From positions 13,764,001-13,828,000 of the forward strand of contig NC_092671.1 of the NCBI RefSeq assembly GCF_964355755.1: a stretch of DNA of 64,000 nucleotides, read 5' to 3'. The notes under the pieces are model-generated. The model was given only the letters and a program-made list of their open reading frames with translations, was not told the origin of the DNA and did not search any database. The position numbers and the translations under genes are program-made. Source of the DNA: Antedon mediterranea. Lineage: Eukaryota > Animalia > Echinodermata. Below are positions 53,701-64,000 of this stretch, piece after piece; positions within the stretch are counted from its first letter, which is position 1, and every line of letters starts with the position of its first letter.

Positions 53701-56700
53701 ATTTTTATCATTTTATTGACATTCATATTTTTTAAACATGCACCTACGTTAACATACAATCGGAAAATGTTGATGTATGCCATCCTATTATACGCTTATA
53801 GTGCTGAGTTGTGCCTATTATATGCCATATACAATATGTACAGTATATACTGTACTGTGTATATCTATATACAGTGTAGCATAGGTGAAATTACGGGACC
53901 CACATCATGTTCAAATTTTTTGGTATGATGACGTCAAAATAAACTTGAAGATAACAATATCGAAAGATAATGAATTGAGTAATAAAATATAACAATTGGA
54001 AGAAAATTTGGCACGTAGAAGGGCGGTGCGCGCTATTTAAAAATTGTATAACTTTTACGAAAGCGATGAAAAAAATACTTTTTAACTTCAACTGGCCATA
54101 CGGTAACGTCACAACATCCGATAGGCTTAATTTTTATATGAATTAATATAAGCTTCGCTTGACGACGTTACATAAATGTAAAAATGTTAACATAGTTCAC
54201 AAAATGTTATGTTTGCAAGTTTCAGAGAAAAGCGTTGCACAAAAATCATACAGAAAGAAAGAAGAGAAATAAAAAGTTGATGTTGATGATGATTTCGTAC
54301 AATCACAAGAGGTTATCAGCAACTTCGTTGCGGATAACCAATAAAGATTTGATACAATAACAATAGGTGATCATTTTTATTCTAAATGATCACCTAATTA
54401 TGAATATTAAATTCCTGCTTCCAGACGACGTCACACTTGGGTTTAATCAGACCTTAAAAAACCTAGTATTCGATTTTCTTTACCAAAATGATTATATATT
54501 GTACCGTTACTACTGTATTATTCCAACACGTAATTGCTATTCTCTCTCTCTCTTTTATTTCTAGGCGTTTTTTTAAAGATAAATCAGTCCTTAAAAACCT
54601 AGCTATTTTGGTTTGAAATAATCATAACCTATTGTACCGTTATGTTGATTTGTTAAACAGTACAGTACATAAAATTTCATTAAATTCAATCTTCAATTTG
54701 AATGAAAAAGCTAAACGGTAGTGTTTCAAATTTTGAGTTTAAAAAAAAATGGTTGGGAAGAATAAATATTAATAAAATATATGTAATCAGGTGAAGAAAC
54801 AAAAACCGCTGTAGCATAGTTTTACTTTTTTTTTATCGCTGCACAAAGGTGTCTCATTGAAGCTTACAATATTACATAATAAAGCATATTATAACAATAT
54901 CACTCATGCCGACATGGAGCTATGTATACAAACTAAAATATGGCACATGTATATAAACCAAGATCAGTTGTCTTCAAATCACTCATTTTTCGAAAAATGT
55001 TCAACTATATTATACAACTCCGATATTTTACTGCGTTCTCGATTTGATTTTACTGCGATTTAAACCAAGGACCATGCTGCCGAAGATAGGACCACATTTG
55101 TTTAATGGATTTGATGACTATCTGGACTTTTTCCAACGAAGGGGTTTTTATCCAACTGCCAAGGATTGCTCGTACTGTAATGTACCAATGTACATGTCTA
55201 CTCGTAACCGTAAGTGTTCTCATCATTAATTATTATAATTACATTTAAAAAGCGTAATTTAAATATTTATAACCTGTACCATTATATGTATACTTATGTC
55301 TTTATTATAACCTGCATTTTATGTGCAATTATTTAGTAATTTTATGTACCATTTATTCAGTTACTGTAATGTAAGTTAATTAATTAATTAATTGTAAGTA
55401 AATAATGATGTAATTTAATAAAAAATATTTATATTATTGAAATGAATTTCTAAATAAAAATACATTGTCAATTTAATTTTGTTGTTGTTATGTTTGGTTT
55501 ATTTTTTGCTATCCTATGTATTATGATAATTTTGCTATTCTATGTATTAGAATATTTATATATAACAGCATATCAAAATCTTTTAATAAAGAAACTAAAC
55601 AAAATTTGTAACAAGTATACATGAATGATTTGCATTTGTATAGAACGCCTTTGTCTTAAAATTCCGTCTCCACCCTGCTTTGATGTGATTTCTTTGTTTA
55701 GGCCGGCAAAAGTTATGTTTCAGAACACCAGGTTTATTTCATTGGTACATTATATTTTATCAGTAAACCGTATATTAAATGCCTGGAATTATTTTATTGA
55801 TGATCCTCCTTTATCTGCGAAAAAATAAAAACATTATTAGATAGATCTACATTGTTATATAATTATGTAAACATTTTGTATATTCTTAAGTTGTTGGAAT
55901 TCGATCATGATTAAGTCAATTACAAGGCGGTAGACCGGGAACCAGTCAACTGCTGACAGAAGAGGGGTCTCAATGTCATTTCTATTGACGTACCTGCACA
56001 CAATATTCATAACCACACACCCCACTTTAATAATGGAATAACCCTAAAAAAAACTCCGGAGCCAAAACGGCAGTTGATCCGAGCAGAGGAGGTGAGGCCG
56101 AGAGGATTATTATAGTTTAGTTAGTAACTGTAGTGTAATTAAATAATAACCTCTTTCTGTTTGTTACCAAGTCATAAAATATAATACTAGCGGTAGGATT
56201 GAATAAAAATAATAGTACATTTCCATCCATTTATTGGTCTTATCTTTGCAGATTTATGGAATCAACAGTACATGAGATGGCTTTGAAGAACTGTAATAGT
56301 ACTAGTAGTAATAAAATTGTAAACATCAAATTATATGGCAGAAATAGTGTGTGGAATGAATTTTATTGAACAAATGTATCATAATGAGTTTGGAACAAGC
56401 AGGATTTTTCAAACAGGACATAAATTACTTTTGAGACCTGAGTGATACATTTTAATTCCATCAACACCAGCCAGCTCCATCATATTCAAGAGATGGATTC
56501 TTTCATAAATGTCCATTGTACATAGTATTTGGCTAAATAAATAAAAAAAGAAGTACAGTAGTGGTTTATTTGTTTATATACCCAGACCCATTTAGATGGT
56601 TAAAAACAAACACTATATGATGCACTGCTACTAGTGTACTGTCTGGTAGTACATTACCATAGTTACAGTATGACTGTAACCCTAGCACTCGCGTCTAAAG

Positions 56701-59700
56701 AATTCTATTATGCATATTTTACTATTCTTCATAAATATTTAGTTCTGTAATTTTAATTGTCTGCGCTCATTCTATACTTGGTGTCTTAGTATACTGCATA
56801 AATGTATCGTGCAAGCATGATCCAAGTAGCATCTATTATAAAGTACTCTGGGTATCTTTCTATTCACCTGAAAAAAGGAAAATGAATAAGCACATGTTTA
56901 TCTGCCCTCAAAACAAAATAATAATTTAGTATAATGTATTATGTAGGTTTGATCAACAGTTTAAAATAGCAATGCTCAGTATCTGTTACCTTAATATTAT
57001 AATTTGCGCTTCCATTCCAATCAATAAATACATTTGCTTATCCCGTCCATCAATTATCATAATTGCACTCCAATTATAGACCTGTAGGTAGGTAAAAATA
57101 CAAATGAATTGTTTATTTACTGTATACTGTACTGTATATTGTACTGTATATGATACAAGCTGAAATACCCCTAACTAGGCCTGGCCTGTTATAACCTTTA
57201 TTACTACATTAGAGAAAATCCAACTCTATTCATTTTATTGGGAATCATAATATTTAGTATTCAGTGTTGCCTAGCCTACTAGCTAGTAGGGCGGCATGTA
57301 ATAACAAAAAAATATTTTAATAATACGTTAGTCAGGACACTACAGCACACAACAATATTAATAAACGTACTTATAAATAATGTGTATATACATAATACAG
57401 TAACACAATTGTGCCTACCATTAACACCCTCAACGATACATCAAGGAGCATACGCTCTCAGCTCACCTCTGGCCGGGCGACTAAACACCGTATCCAGCAA
57501 TCATCACTACTAAATAGGCCTAGCTAGCTCCAGGCCATGGCATTGTCAAACACCATTTACTCGTCCAACCGTTTCTTCAAAACGATGTTAACACCCGTGT
57601 TAACAAGACGATGTGGACGAATTTCCATCAATTTCAGTTAATTACAACGAAATAATAATAAAATGAATGTTTCAATAATACGTGTATAATAAATAGCGAA
57701 ATAAACATCGCTCGCGAGAGGAGGAGGGTCGAGAGAGAGGCCAAGGTGGTCGACTCTGTGATTCTCACGCATGCGCAAAATAACTCCGTGTACCCAGCAA
57801 GATAGGCATTTGGCTATGAATTTCGTAAAAGATGGCCTTGAAAAACGAAATTAAAATCCGTTTAAAAAAAAACTTGGTTGATAATATGAATTAATTTTAT
57901 TCGATTAGGCTAACATACTTATCCAAGAATAAAAATATCAAAGCAATAAGTAATTACTACCATGCTTTTGCATCAATCAATGATTTACTGCTAAATTCCT
58001 ATCTCTGTAATACAAAAATAACTTTTAGTGACGTCACAAAAAGTTTTTCACAGGTTTCTCAGGGGCGTTTTGAGGGCGTTGTCGTCCTTCAAAACATTAA
58101 GTATGACTATGGCAAGCTTAAAACTGATTGATCTGCACGTTGAGCCAATAAAATGATATTGCTAGGAACCCTTTCATATCCATTTTAAGCATTGAATATT
58201 TTGGCCTTGCAATGTATTCAAGATCCTGGCAATCAAGTCATATGTACATACAGGCAAATATGTGTGCATTGATCCTACAGTTCCAGAGGAGACTCGAGGT
58301 GACAACATGAACATGAACTTTGTTATCCACCAGCACTTTTTGAAACTACCAACTTACAATACTTTCAGCTAATAAACCAACATGATGCTATGTGGAAACA
58401 ACTTCTTCTGAATAGTCTAACACATCCAAATCACTGAATGATGTCCAGTAGGCCTACATTCTAGATGGTAGTGCTCTACTGCACAGCATTCCATGGAATA
58501 GTGTAGAGATCTGTAAAAAATATTGCTCTGCCATCATAGTCTTTGATGATTATGAAAGCGGTTCATACACCAAAGACGGCGCACATGGTAAGGCGTGTCA
58601 GGTGGTAGTGTCCCTGTACATTTTACCAGTGACATGTTCCACAAAATTAGATCACTTTCTGTAACAAACAACAATTTATAAATCTTCGTAACTAGTATTT
58701 GAACAACATGGCAATGAGTGAATGCAACTGCTGATGCAGATGTTCTTTCGGATAGTACAAAAAACCATTGAATCAGCAAACAGGAAAACATCTGTCATTA
58801 TCCGATGACACGGATCTACTAGTGCTCCTCTGCAGTCAAGCATTTAAAACATATTGTGATATTCTTTAGACTGGAACTGAGATGCTGGACTATCAAACTG
58901 GTTCAAACAGTACTTTTGAGAGACATCTGTGATAACCTTCTGTTTGCTCATGCGATACTGGTGACACAACATCCAGAGTTTTCAGAATTGCCTCTAAAAA
59001 AAGCTTGTCATTGCACTTATTTCTTACATTATGCTGTAGTCTTCAGATCCAAACAAGCTACAAAGGATGACATTGTGATTGCTAGAGAAAATGATTTAGT
59101 GTGTCTGTACAATGGACGACCTGGAAAACGTGGAATGCCTTTGACTCCATCCCATCTACAAGTACAACCTCGCATATCGCCAACTTCATAATCGTACCAC
59201 AACCAAGGTACTTAACATCATTTCAAGTTCAAGTTATCTTTTAGCAATGGAGTGGGGTTGATATGTGTACCGAGGATTGGGGATGGAAGATCAGATGATG
59301 GAAACATGGTTCCTCTACACACAGACTTAAAGCCAGCACCTGAGTATCTCCTTGAAGCATTCAGGGGTAACTAGAACTACATGTGGTGAATGCAATGGCA
59401 TTTCACTGTACTAATACCCGAACAAGAAAGTGATACTGATGACATATAAGTTGTGAGTCCTTTTCTATTTGAAGGGTTTAACAATATCATCCCACACGGA
59501 GCAATTCAAATAAAAAGGTCTGGATTAAAATGATCCTACAAAATATACAAAAATATCACAATACACAGTACAATATAACAAGAGTCAAAGTTCAAGAAGA
59601 GTCGGATGGCAACTGGCAAAAACGAATTTCTTTTCCGGTTTGTTCTACATGCATCGAAAGCGACACCCATGAGGCATAAGCTCGAAATCACTGAACAAGG

Positions 59701-62700
59701 CATGGTTAACATTTTTTAGAATAGCTCTACTTTTTTCTAGAGTTTGCATGTCACAGAAGGAAGATAAGCTACAAAGTTGACAACCTATTAATTTAGAACT
59801 TAAGTTAACAATTCTTTGTAGTGAGTTTCTCTCTTTGACCCTAAGACTAAAAAAACCAGCATATAAAGGAAAAAAGTTAAAACGTTCTTAATAAAGGAAT
59901 TATAAAAAAAGCCTGAGAATTACTTTATCTATCGACATTAAAATGGTTCAGCTTCCTTAACAGATAAAGTCTCTGGTGTCCTTTCTTTACTATTCATGCC
60001 TCTGTATTTAATTCCCAGCTGAGATTGTCCTCAAATATAGTACCTAGGTATTTAAAGGAATGGACAATATCGCTGGTTCGTCATTTATGATGGATATCAG
60101 AGGGCTGCGTCCTTTCTCCTTCCTAAAATCTACAATCATGTCCTTGGTTTTGGTCACATTGGGTTCCAAGTAGAAGTTTCCACAAAATTGGATAAAACAA
60201 TCTAATGCGGAACCATGACCGTCCTGTGAATTTTGAAGGAGAGACAGCAAGACAGTGTCGTCAGCAAATTTGACAAGATGACTATTGTCCTGTTCTCTGA
60301 GACAGTCATCATTCTTCTAGCTAGCATTATTTTTCCTATTTCATGATGATACAATAGGTACAGGAAAAACATTATTTGCACCAAATACTACCAAAATATA
60401 AATAAAATATATATAACCATGATTTAGTTTTACGTAAAAGGTCAATGACCTCTATAGTTACATAAAAACTGTTGTATCAATTAGTTTTTAGAGTAAGCAA
60501 TACATATTATACACATTTGTAGTTATTTAGATGTTATTGGCAGGCATAAAATAATGTTACCTACTACTACACTACCTGTTGTTGATAACAATTTATCATT
60601 ATTATAGGATTATTTTTATTATTGTTATTATTATTTATTTATTTATTATAAGTGCATAATTAATTCAAAATACTTAACATCATTTTTCCTAATTCATATG
60701 ACGATAGGTACAGAAAAAACACAAGTTACATCAAATGCATCGACAATTATGGAATAAGACATTGCATGTTAATAATTTTGTTAGGAAAAATTTGAGTTTT
60801 TGTAAAAGGTCAATAACCTTTTGACCTCTAGTTACGTATAACTGTTGTATTAATTGTTTTTTTAATGTATATTCGTTGGATATATATACTCTACACATTG
60901 GTACTAAAGCTATTTAGATATGATTATAAAATAATAGATTATAGGCATAAACGCTACCCCCTACCCCAAAATTGTTTATATTACATTTGATCAAGAATCA
61001 ATTTCAATAAGAATAGTACATCATTACTTTTAAAATTCTTCTAGTTAACATCATGTTTCCTATTTTATATATCGATAGGTACAGAAAAAACACAATTTTG
61101 ATTAAAATGCATCCACAATTATGGCATACGATATTGCAGTTAATCATTTTTTTAAGGAAAAAATGATTTTTTGTAAAAGGTCAATAACCCTTTGACCTCT
61201 AGTTATATAAATAAGTGTTGTATTTTGTTTTTTTAAATTGCATTTTAGAAAGAAATATATATTCTACACATTGATATCAAGATTATTGAGATTGGATTAT
61301 AAACCCACAAGTTATGGGCATAAATGTTACCCCTACCCCAAAAATATTGACGGAATAAAATCACTATATAGTTGTTGAGATTACGTAAAAAATAATGTGT
61401 TCCAATGCTTCAATTTTCGGTGACTTTTAATATGTCATTCTAAACTACATTTGGAATGAAAAAATCAATGTTTCGTTACTATTACAATTTGTGGTGGGTT
61501 TACCTCTAAATATCACTAGATTGACTGGACTATATGTTGCTAATACAAAGTTAATGTTAACACTAATATTTAATAGCACACATTTCTATAGTATTAAACA
61601 TAATAAGCCTGAAATAAAAAGATGTTACATGAACCAATAACAGTGTTACAAGCACCACCATTTTGACAAATGTTATTACTACAAGCATTCACACCTGTAA
61701 TATTGAATAAGTATGGTGAAATTATTTATCAATAAAATAGTTTGTGTACACACTGTTGAGCTACTAGTTCTATTGCAATGTATATATTTAGTTTTTTTTG
61801 CTTCATTTAAAATGATTAATTTATTTTTTGTGGGTAATTTTCTATTTTTCAAATTAAATCTGATGACACATTAACCAATTGAACTAAATATAATCGTTAT
61901 TGAATTAAATGTTGCAAAGCAAAACTATGATTTTGACAGGTATCAACAAACATTGAAATATAAAAATAGTAAACAAACCTACTGTACAGGTACTAAGTAC
62001 AGTTATTATACAACAAAATTCTCTTTTCCATGTTAAACCGTTCAATAATGAATTATCATAGCAAACTTTCATTTGTTATTATTTTTCATATTTAATTTTT
62101 GTAGATTGCATATTTGCTTTAATTTCAAAGTGTTGTGACCAAATGTAGCTCATACAAAGTTAATGTTAACACTAACATTTAATAGTGCAGATTTCTATAG
62201 TATTAAGCATAATAAGCTTGAAACAAAATAATATTGAATGGTGAAATTATTTATCAATAAAATTAACATGAACATACTGAAACAACTAAACACATATTTG
62301 TACACTCACTGTTGAGCTACTAGTTTTGTATTACAGTGTGTATATTTAGTTTTTTGTGGCTAATTTTCTATTTTTTTAGACTAAATCCGACGATACATTA
62401 ACCAATTGAACTAAATTTAATTGTTATTGATTTTAATGTTGCAAAGCAAAAATAGAATTTTCTAGGTATCAACTAACATTGTAATATAAAAATAGCAAAC
62501 AAACCTACTGTACAGGTACTAAGTACAGTATTATACAATATCATTCTCTTTTCCATATTTTAAACCTTTCAATAATGTGTTGTACACTTGTACAACTCAT
62601 ATAGGTATAGTAGCCTACTCATGTTGGCTTTCTTAATATTCTTAATCAATTATCATAGCAAATTTTCATTTGTTGATTTATTTTTCATAGTATTTTTTTT

Positions 62701-63684
62701 TTGGTAGATTGCAATATTTGCTTTAATTTTAAATGTTGTGACCAAATGTAGTTCATACAAAATTAATAATGCACATTTCTATAATATTAAACATAATAAG
62801 CTTGAAATAAAATAATGTTAAAATACTTCATTTAAAACTTACCTGTTTCACAGAAGGGTCCAGTGAAACATGATGGACATGTACATGTGTAAGCAGTACA
62901 GGAACCAGCAACAGTGTTACAAGCAGCTCCATTCTGACAAACGTTATTATCACAAGCATTTGCTGAATTGAATGAATGAATGTCATTGGGATGTTATTAA
63001 CAACAAACAAAATAAAGTTAACCATTTAAACATGCATTAAATAAGATAACATAATAATATTCTGTGTCTTAATGTAGTTGGATGTTGGATAACTTAAATC
63101 AAAGTACAGTAGTAAGTAATCAAATGCTGTAATTCATAATTGTATAAAGTATAGGTACTAAAATAAAGTAATTAGCTGATAATCAGGTTTATTTCAAGAT
63201 TGGATATCGCAACTACAAAAACGTCTAAAAAATGGATAAACATGCATATTGCCTTTTTCTTCTTTACAGTTTGTATTCAAATAATTGACAGGTTTTCATA
63301 ATTTTGGTTAAAATATTATCACACAATACATTAAAGACATACATTCACATTCATACACAGACATTTTTTAATAGCTCATTAAGTACAAAAGATATACTGT
63401 AAACATTGCAATTATTAACCAAAACTAAGCGTTATGCTTTTTATCACTTTATTAATGGGAACACCCAAGCAAAGTTATGGGTTTTTGGGGTTTTATACTG
63501 AAAATGTATTACTTACTCAAAAGAATATTGGATAGCCTTATAGGGTTTATAAACTTACTGGTTTCACAGAATCTTCCAGTGTAGCATGACGGACATGTGC
63601 AGGTGAAAGTATGACAAAAAGGTCCAGCAACATCGTTACAAACACCTCCATTCTGACAAAGGTCATCACTACAACTAATAATTA
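20316..63684 (-). CDS. Gene 1 (5'-partial, multi-exon): adhesion GPCR, EGF(n)-Ig-SEA-HRM-GAIN/GPS-7TM
   Basis: Exons read by eye join in frame with GT/AG boundaries and matching phases from the EGF exons to the stop at 20316. GPS motif and family-B TM helices are present. No start exon was found in the window. Confidence 0.93.
21037..21834 (-). CDS. Gene 1 TM1-TM4 exons: 21725-21834, 21229-21494, 21037-21106
   Basis: DFYPHDDDPVLELVTKIGLALSITGLSITLLTFLANR / NLRKAEPKKILCNLC...CTAVGAILHYFLLSSIFWMTVQA...FAWG / TPAVIVLATIF; phases 0-2, 2-1 and 1-2 join in frame. Confidence 0.93.
21978..22145 (-). CDS. Gene 1 GPS exon (autoproteolysis motif and Stachel start)
   Basis: 168 nt, phase 0-0: ITEENDNTECVFWDFALENGIGGWSSEGCVLISGSLDGRDRQYCNCNHLTNFAVLM, with the canonical CxxW...WS.EGC...CxCxHLT pattern. 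Confidence 0.96.
22442..23705 (-). CDS. Gene 1 GAIN-domain exons: 23559-23705, 22717-23074, 22442-22620
   Basis: Open exons of 147, 358 and 179 nt with consistent phases; motifs VSIELPP, VVIAYRNSRLF and VISFSV lie directly upstream of the GPS. Confidence 0.88.
23345..23527 (-). mobile_element. SINE 3' part, same family, opposite orientation
   Basis: actagtacaccggggtaacccc and gctgtggacttagatgttac are reverse complements of sequence in 24227-24360. Confidence 0.7.
23800..24613 (-). CDS. Gene 1 HRM-like exons: 24512-24613, 23800-23930
   Basis: MCFEDEYNGYTFPDTLVGHTAESEEKCDE...AANWTCVSDGLSTAMWYSTPEISEC; the four-Cys/Trp pattern resembles a hormone-receptor motif; phases 1-1 and 1-0. Confidence 0.8.
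24064..24390 (+). mobile_element. tRNA-derived SINE
   Basis: A box tggccgagtgg and B box ggttcgaggc; body homologous to the inverted copy at 23345-23527. Confidence 0.7.
24945..25897 (-). CDS. Gene 1 SEA-like domain exons: 25785-25897, 24945-25152
   Basis: FQVTLIFQELEFTESLQNPSSVDYQELSSTI...VRSLQAGSVIADF fits SEA hallmarks (F...L.NP.S..Y..L; GSV cleavage loop). Confidence 0.85.
25480..25700 (+). mobile_element. L2-like LINE 3' end
   Basis: Degenerate LWN.L...FK..LKT.LF coding tail, aagcgcattgag...aatgcgct stem-loop and (TAT)n tail. Confidence 0.5.
26046..26306 (-). CDS. Gene 1 Ig-like domain exon
   Basis: 261 nt, phase 1-1: VSLYCKID...WQWFKDD...DALGYYWC carries the Ig C...W...Y.C signature. 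Confidence 0.88.
26395..28700. mobile_element. Kolobok-like foldback element with long TIRs and internal ~146-155-bp tandem repeats (26520-27125)
   Basis: ttaa|agggacagtcacaaatatttg ... caaatatttgtgactgtccct|ttaa; about 100 bp near-perfect inverted identity, looser to more than 200 bp; no ORF. Confidence 0.85.
28811..30212 (-). CDS. Gene 1 membrane-proximal EGF exons: 30090-30212, 29867-29989, 29648-29770, 29424-29546, 28811-28930
   Basis: Four 123-nt 8-Cys exons and one 120-nt 7-Cys exon; all phase 1-1 with GT/AG and no stops. Confidence 0.9.
29049..29300 (-). mobile_element. RTE-clade LINE 3' fragment
   Basis: Minus strand encodes KWK*AGHISRRTDNRW...WRP...RNRGRQRVRWRDEI...AARDRSLW, followed by a (TGA)n tail. 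Confidence 0.85.
30225..34166 (-). mobile_element. Helentron/HINE-like element with nested insertions
   Basis: Subterminal repeat ataggtgatcattt at both ends, hairpin aattcgtca-ctt-tgacgaatt at one end and aggtgatcattt...aaatgatcacct at the other; inserted at T|T without TSD (empty site at 35761-35785). Confidence 0.8.
34597..34990. mobile_element. TTAA-inserted DNA-transposon remnant, duplicated with the tandem units (also ~36808, ~37486, ~39718)
   Basis: ttaa|agatgtattgtccc replaces the host ttaa|atgttgtgacc seen at ~62730; second end not found. Confidence 0.45.
35231..40759 (-). CDS. Gene 1 EGF exons in tandem duplications: 40637-40759, 38532-38654, 38122-38250, 36922-37044, 35637-35759, 35231-35359
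   Basis: 123/129-nt phase 1-1 8-Cys EGF exons with GTAAG donors, e.g. NACTNHACQNRAACVPVAGSCTDYTCSCSSCFSGPFCET. Confidence 0.85.
41041..44411 (+). mobile_element. Helentron-like insertion (~3.4 kb) with a nested MITE (~41939-42297) and ~57-bp tandem repeats (~43480-43690)
   Basis: Splits host aacaggttt|ttaaatctg (intact at ~36030 and ~38935); short subterminal inverted motif cgccgcg/cgcggcg, then palindrome aagaaatatttctt at the 3' end; no TSD. Confidence 0.7.
45245..47419. mobile_element. Mutator-like foldback element
   Basis: ~500-bp inverted arms with repeated gaaatcggtcgcg; 9-bp TSD attgaaagg (45236-45244 and 47420-47428); the left tip is degraded. Confidence 0.8.
48074..49827. mobile_element. 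Nested long-TIR element
   Basis: ggggtgtgtagaaagcgacgacctcgaattggacg at both ends inverted (~330-bp arms); TSD tgttcacc(g). Confidence 0.85.
48603..49382. mobile_element. Innermost nested TIR element
   Basis: gttgagccgccgacaagttgag / ctcaacttgtcggcggcccaac; 9-bp direct repeat ccccatgca on both flanks. Confidence 0.65.
52327..56080. mobile_element. Merlin-like non-autonomous element
   Basis: ~400-bp near-perfect TIRs starting ggatcaactgccgttttggctccgg; 8-bp TSD gagcagag; internal zinc-ribbon-like peptide at 55074-55210. Confidence 0.75.
53660..54396 (-). mobile_element. Short copy of the Helentron/HINE family seen at 30225
   Basis: Same termini (actagaatttaattcgtcactttgacgaattataggtgatc ... 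aaatgatcacct) and ~480 bp of internal homology. Confidence 0.85.
58190..59450 (+). pseudogene. Degenerate Academ-type transposase, C-terminal part (upstream pieces at ~44900-45244, 47420-47552, 51380-51536)
   Basis: Frameshifted motifs DDTDLLVLLC, LLFAHAIL, KDDIVIA..LVCLYNG, QVQP..SPTS, EDWGWK, PLHTDLKPAPEYLLEA; upstream HVV*RSD.WTGL and MRSLK.TRGLAR.IGM. Motifs recognised from memory, not by search. Confidence 0.75.
59540..60320 (-). mobile_element. LINE reverse-transcriptase 3' fragment (Rex1/CR1-group-like), frameshifted
   Basis: HLVKFADDTVLLSLL, NVTKTKDMIVDFRK, FKYLG, QRLYLLRKL, SFLPVAIR on the minus strand. Confidence 0.85.
62843..63684 (-). CDS. Gene 1 most 5' visible EGF exons: 63559-63684, 62843-62962
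   Basis: 126 and 120 nt, phase 1-1, 8 Cys each ([39 protein letters not shown]). Assigned to gene 1 by strand and shared intron repeats. Confidence 0.82.
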
Positions 63685-64000
63685 CTGAAATATCAAATAT
63701 TTGTAAACATTAGTAAAGTATTTTATAATATGATGTTACTGTTGTTTATTATTGCAAAAGAGTTATTTTATTATTAATTAGGCCAAATAAATAACAAGCA
63801 ATGTTTCATCACCTACGAGTGATGCTATCAGTATGCAGACATGGTTCTTAAAATACAATATTCTACATGTCATTTAAATACTATAGTAATAATATGTCCA
63901 GCTGAATGTTGTTTCAGAATTTATTTATTTCATACATAAGCACTGTTTAATCATGGAGCTATAAATTCATGGCTTAACAGTTGCTGTTGCTGAGTGGGCA

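Larger units (their letters stand above)
51537..58184. mobile_element. Kolobok-like element nested in the Academ transposase
   Basis: Perfect 15-bp TIR aatggatatgaaagg with TTAA on both flanks (51533-51536, 58185-58188). Confidence 0.72.
44583..61532 (+). mobile_element. Academ-superfamily DNA transposon (~17 kb including nested elements)
   Basis: TIR tagtccagtcaatcta / tagattgactggacta with >100 bp imperfect extension; 3-bp TSD TAT; empty site gtgaccatatgttgc at ~36201 and ~39105; transposase remnants inside. Confidence 0.9.

Noticed and set aside
567-63684. One single gene, or a Notch/Crumbs/fibropellin call
   Set aside because: A stop codon at 20316 and a new signal-peptide exon at 14266 separate two genes; no LNR, ankyrin, LamG, CUB or avidin exons and no Ca-binding EGF consensus were seen.
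63817-63846. 30-nt phase 1-1 micro-exon or start exon of gene 1
   Set aside because: Splice dinucleotides fit, but it is too short to support and no signal peptide is evident.

Overview
AT-rich animal genomic DNA with GT-AG introns, probably a marine invertebrate; echinoderm is my guess from the protein style, not something the sequence proves. There are two spliced minus-strand genes in tandem. Gene 1 enters from beyond the right edge and stops at 20316. It is an adhesion GPCR: at least 13 intact EGF-like exons, then Ig-like, SEA-like, HRM-like, GAIN/GPS (HL|TNFAVLM) and a family-B 7TM. Gene 2 starts with a TATA box and a signal-peptide exon at about 14.27 kb, continues with 6-Cys EGF exons in three ~2-kb tandem units and then a 217/205-bp exon+intron tandem array of 8-Cys EGF exons, and runs off the left edge. 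Every intact EGF exon is a phase 1-1 cassette. The arrays show recent duplication and broken cassettes, and both genes share near-identical exon+intron modules. The introns are full of transposons, the largest a ~17-kb Academ-type element (44583-61532) carrying nested TIR elements up to four levels deep, a Helentron-like element and a LINE fragment. All exon boundaries and translations were read by eye; no database search was run.
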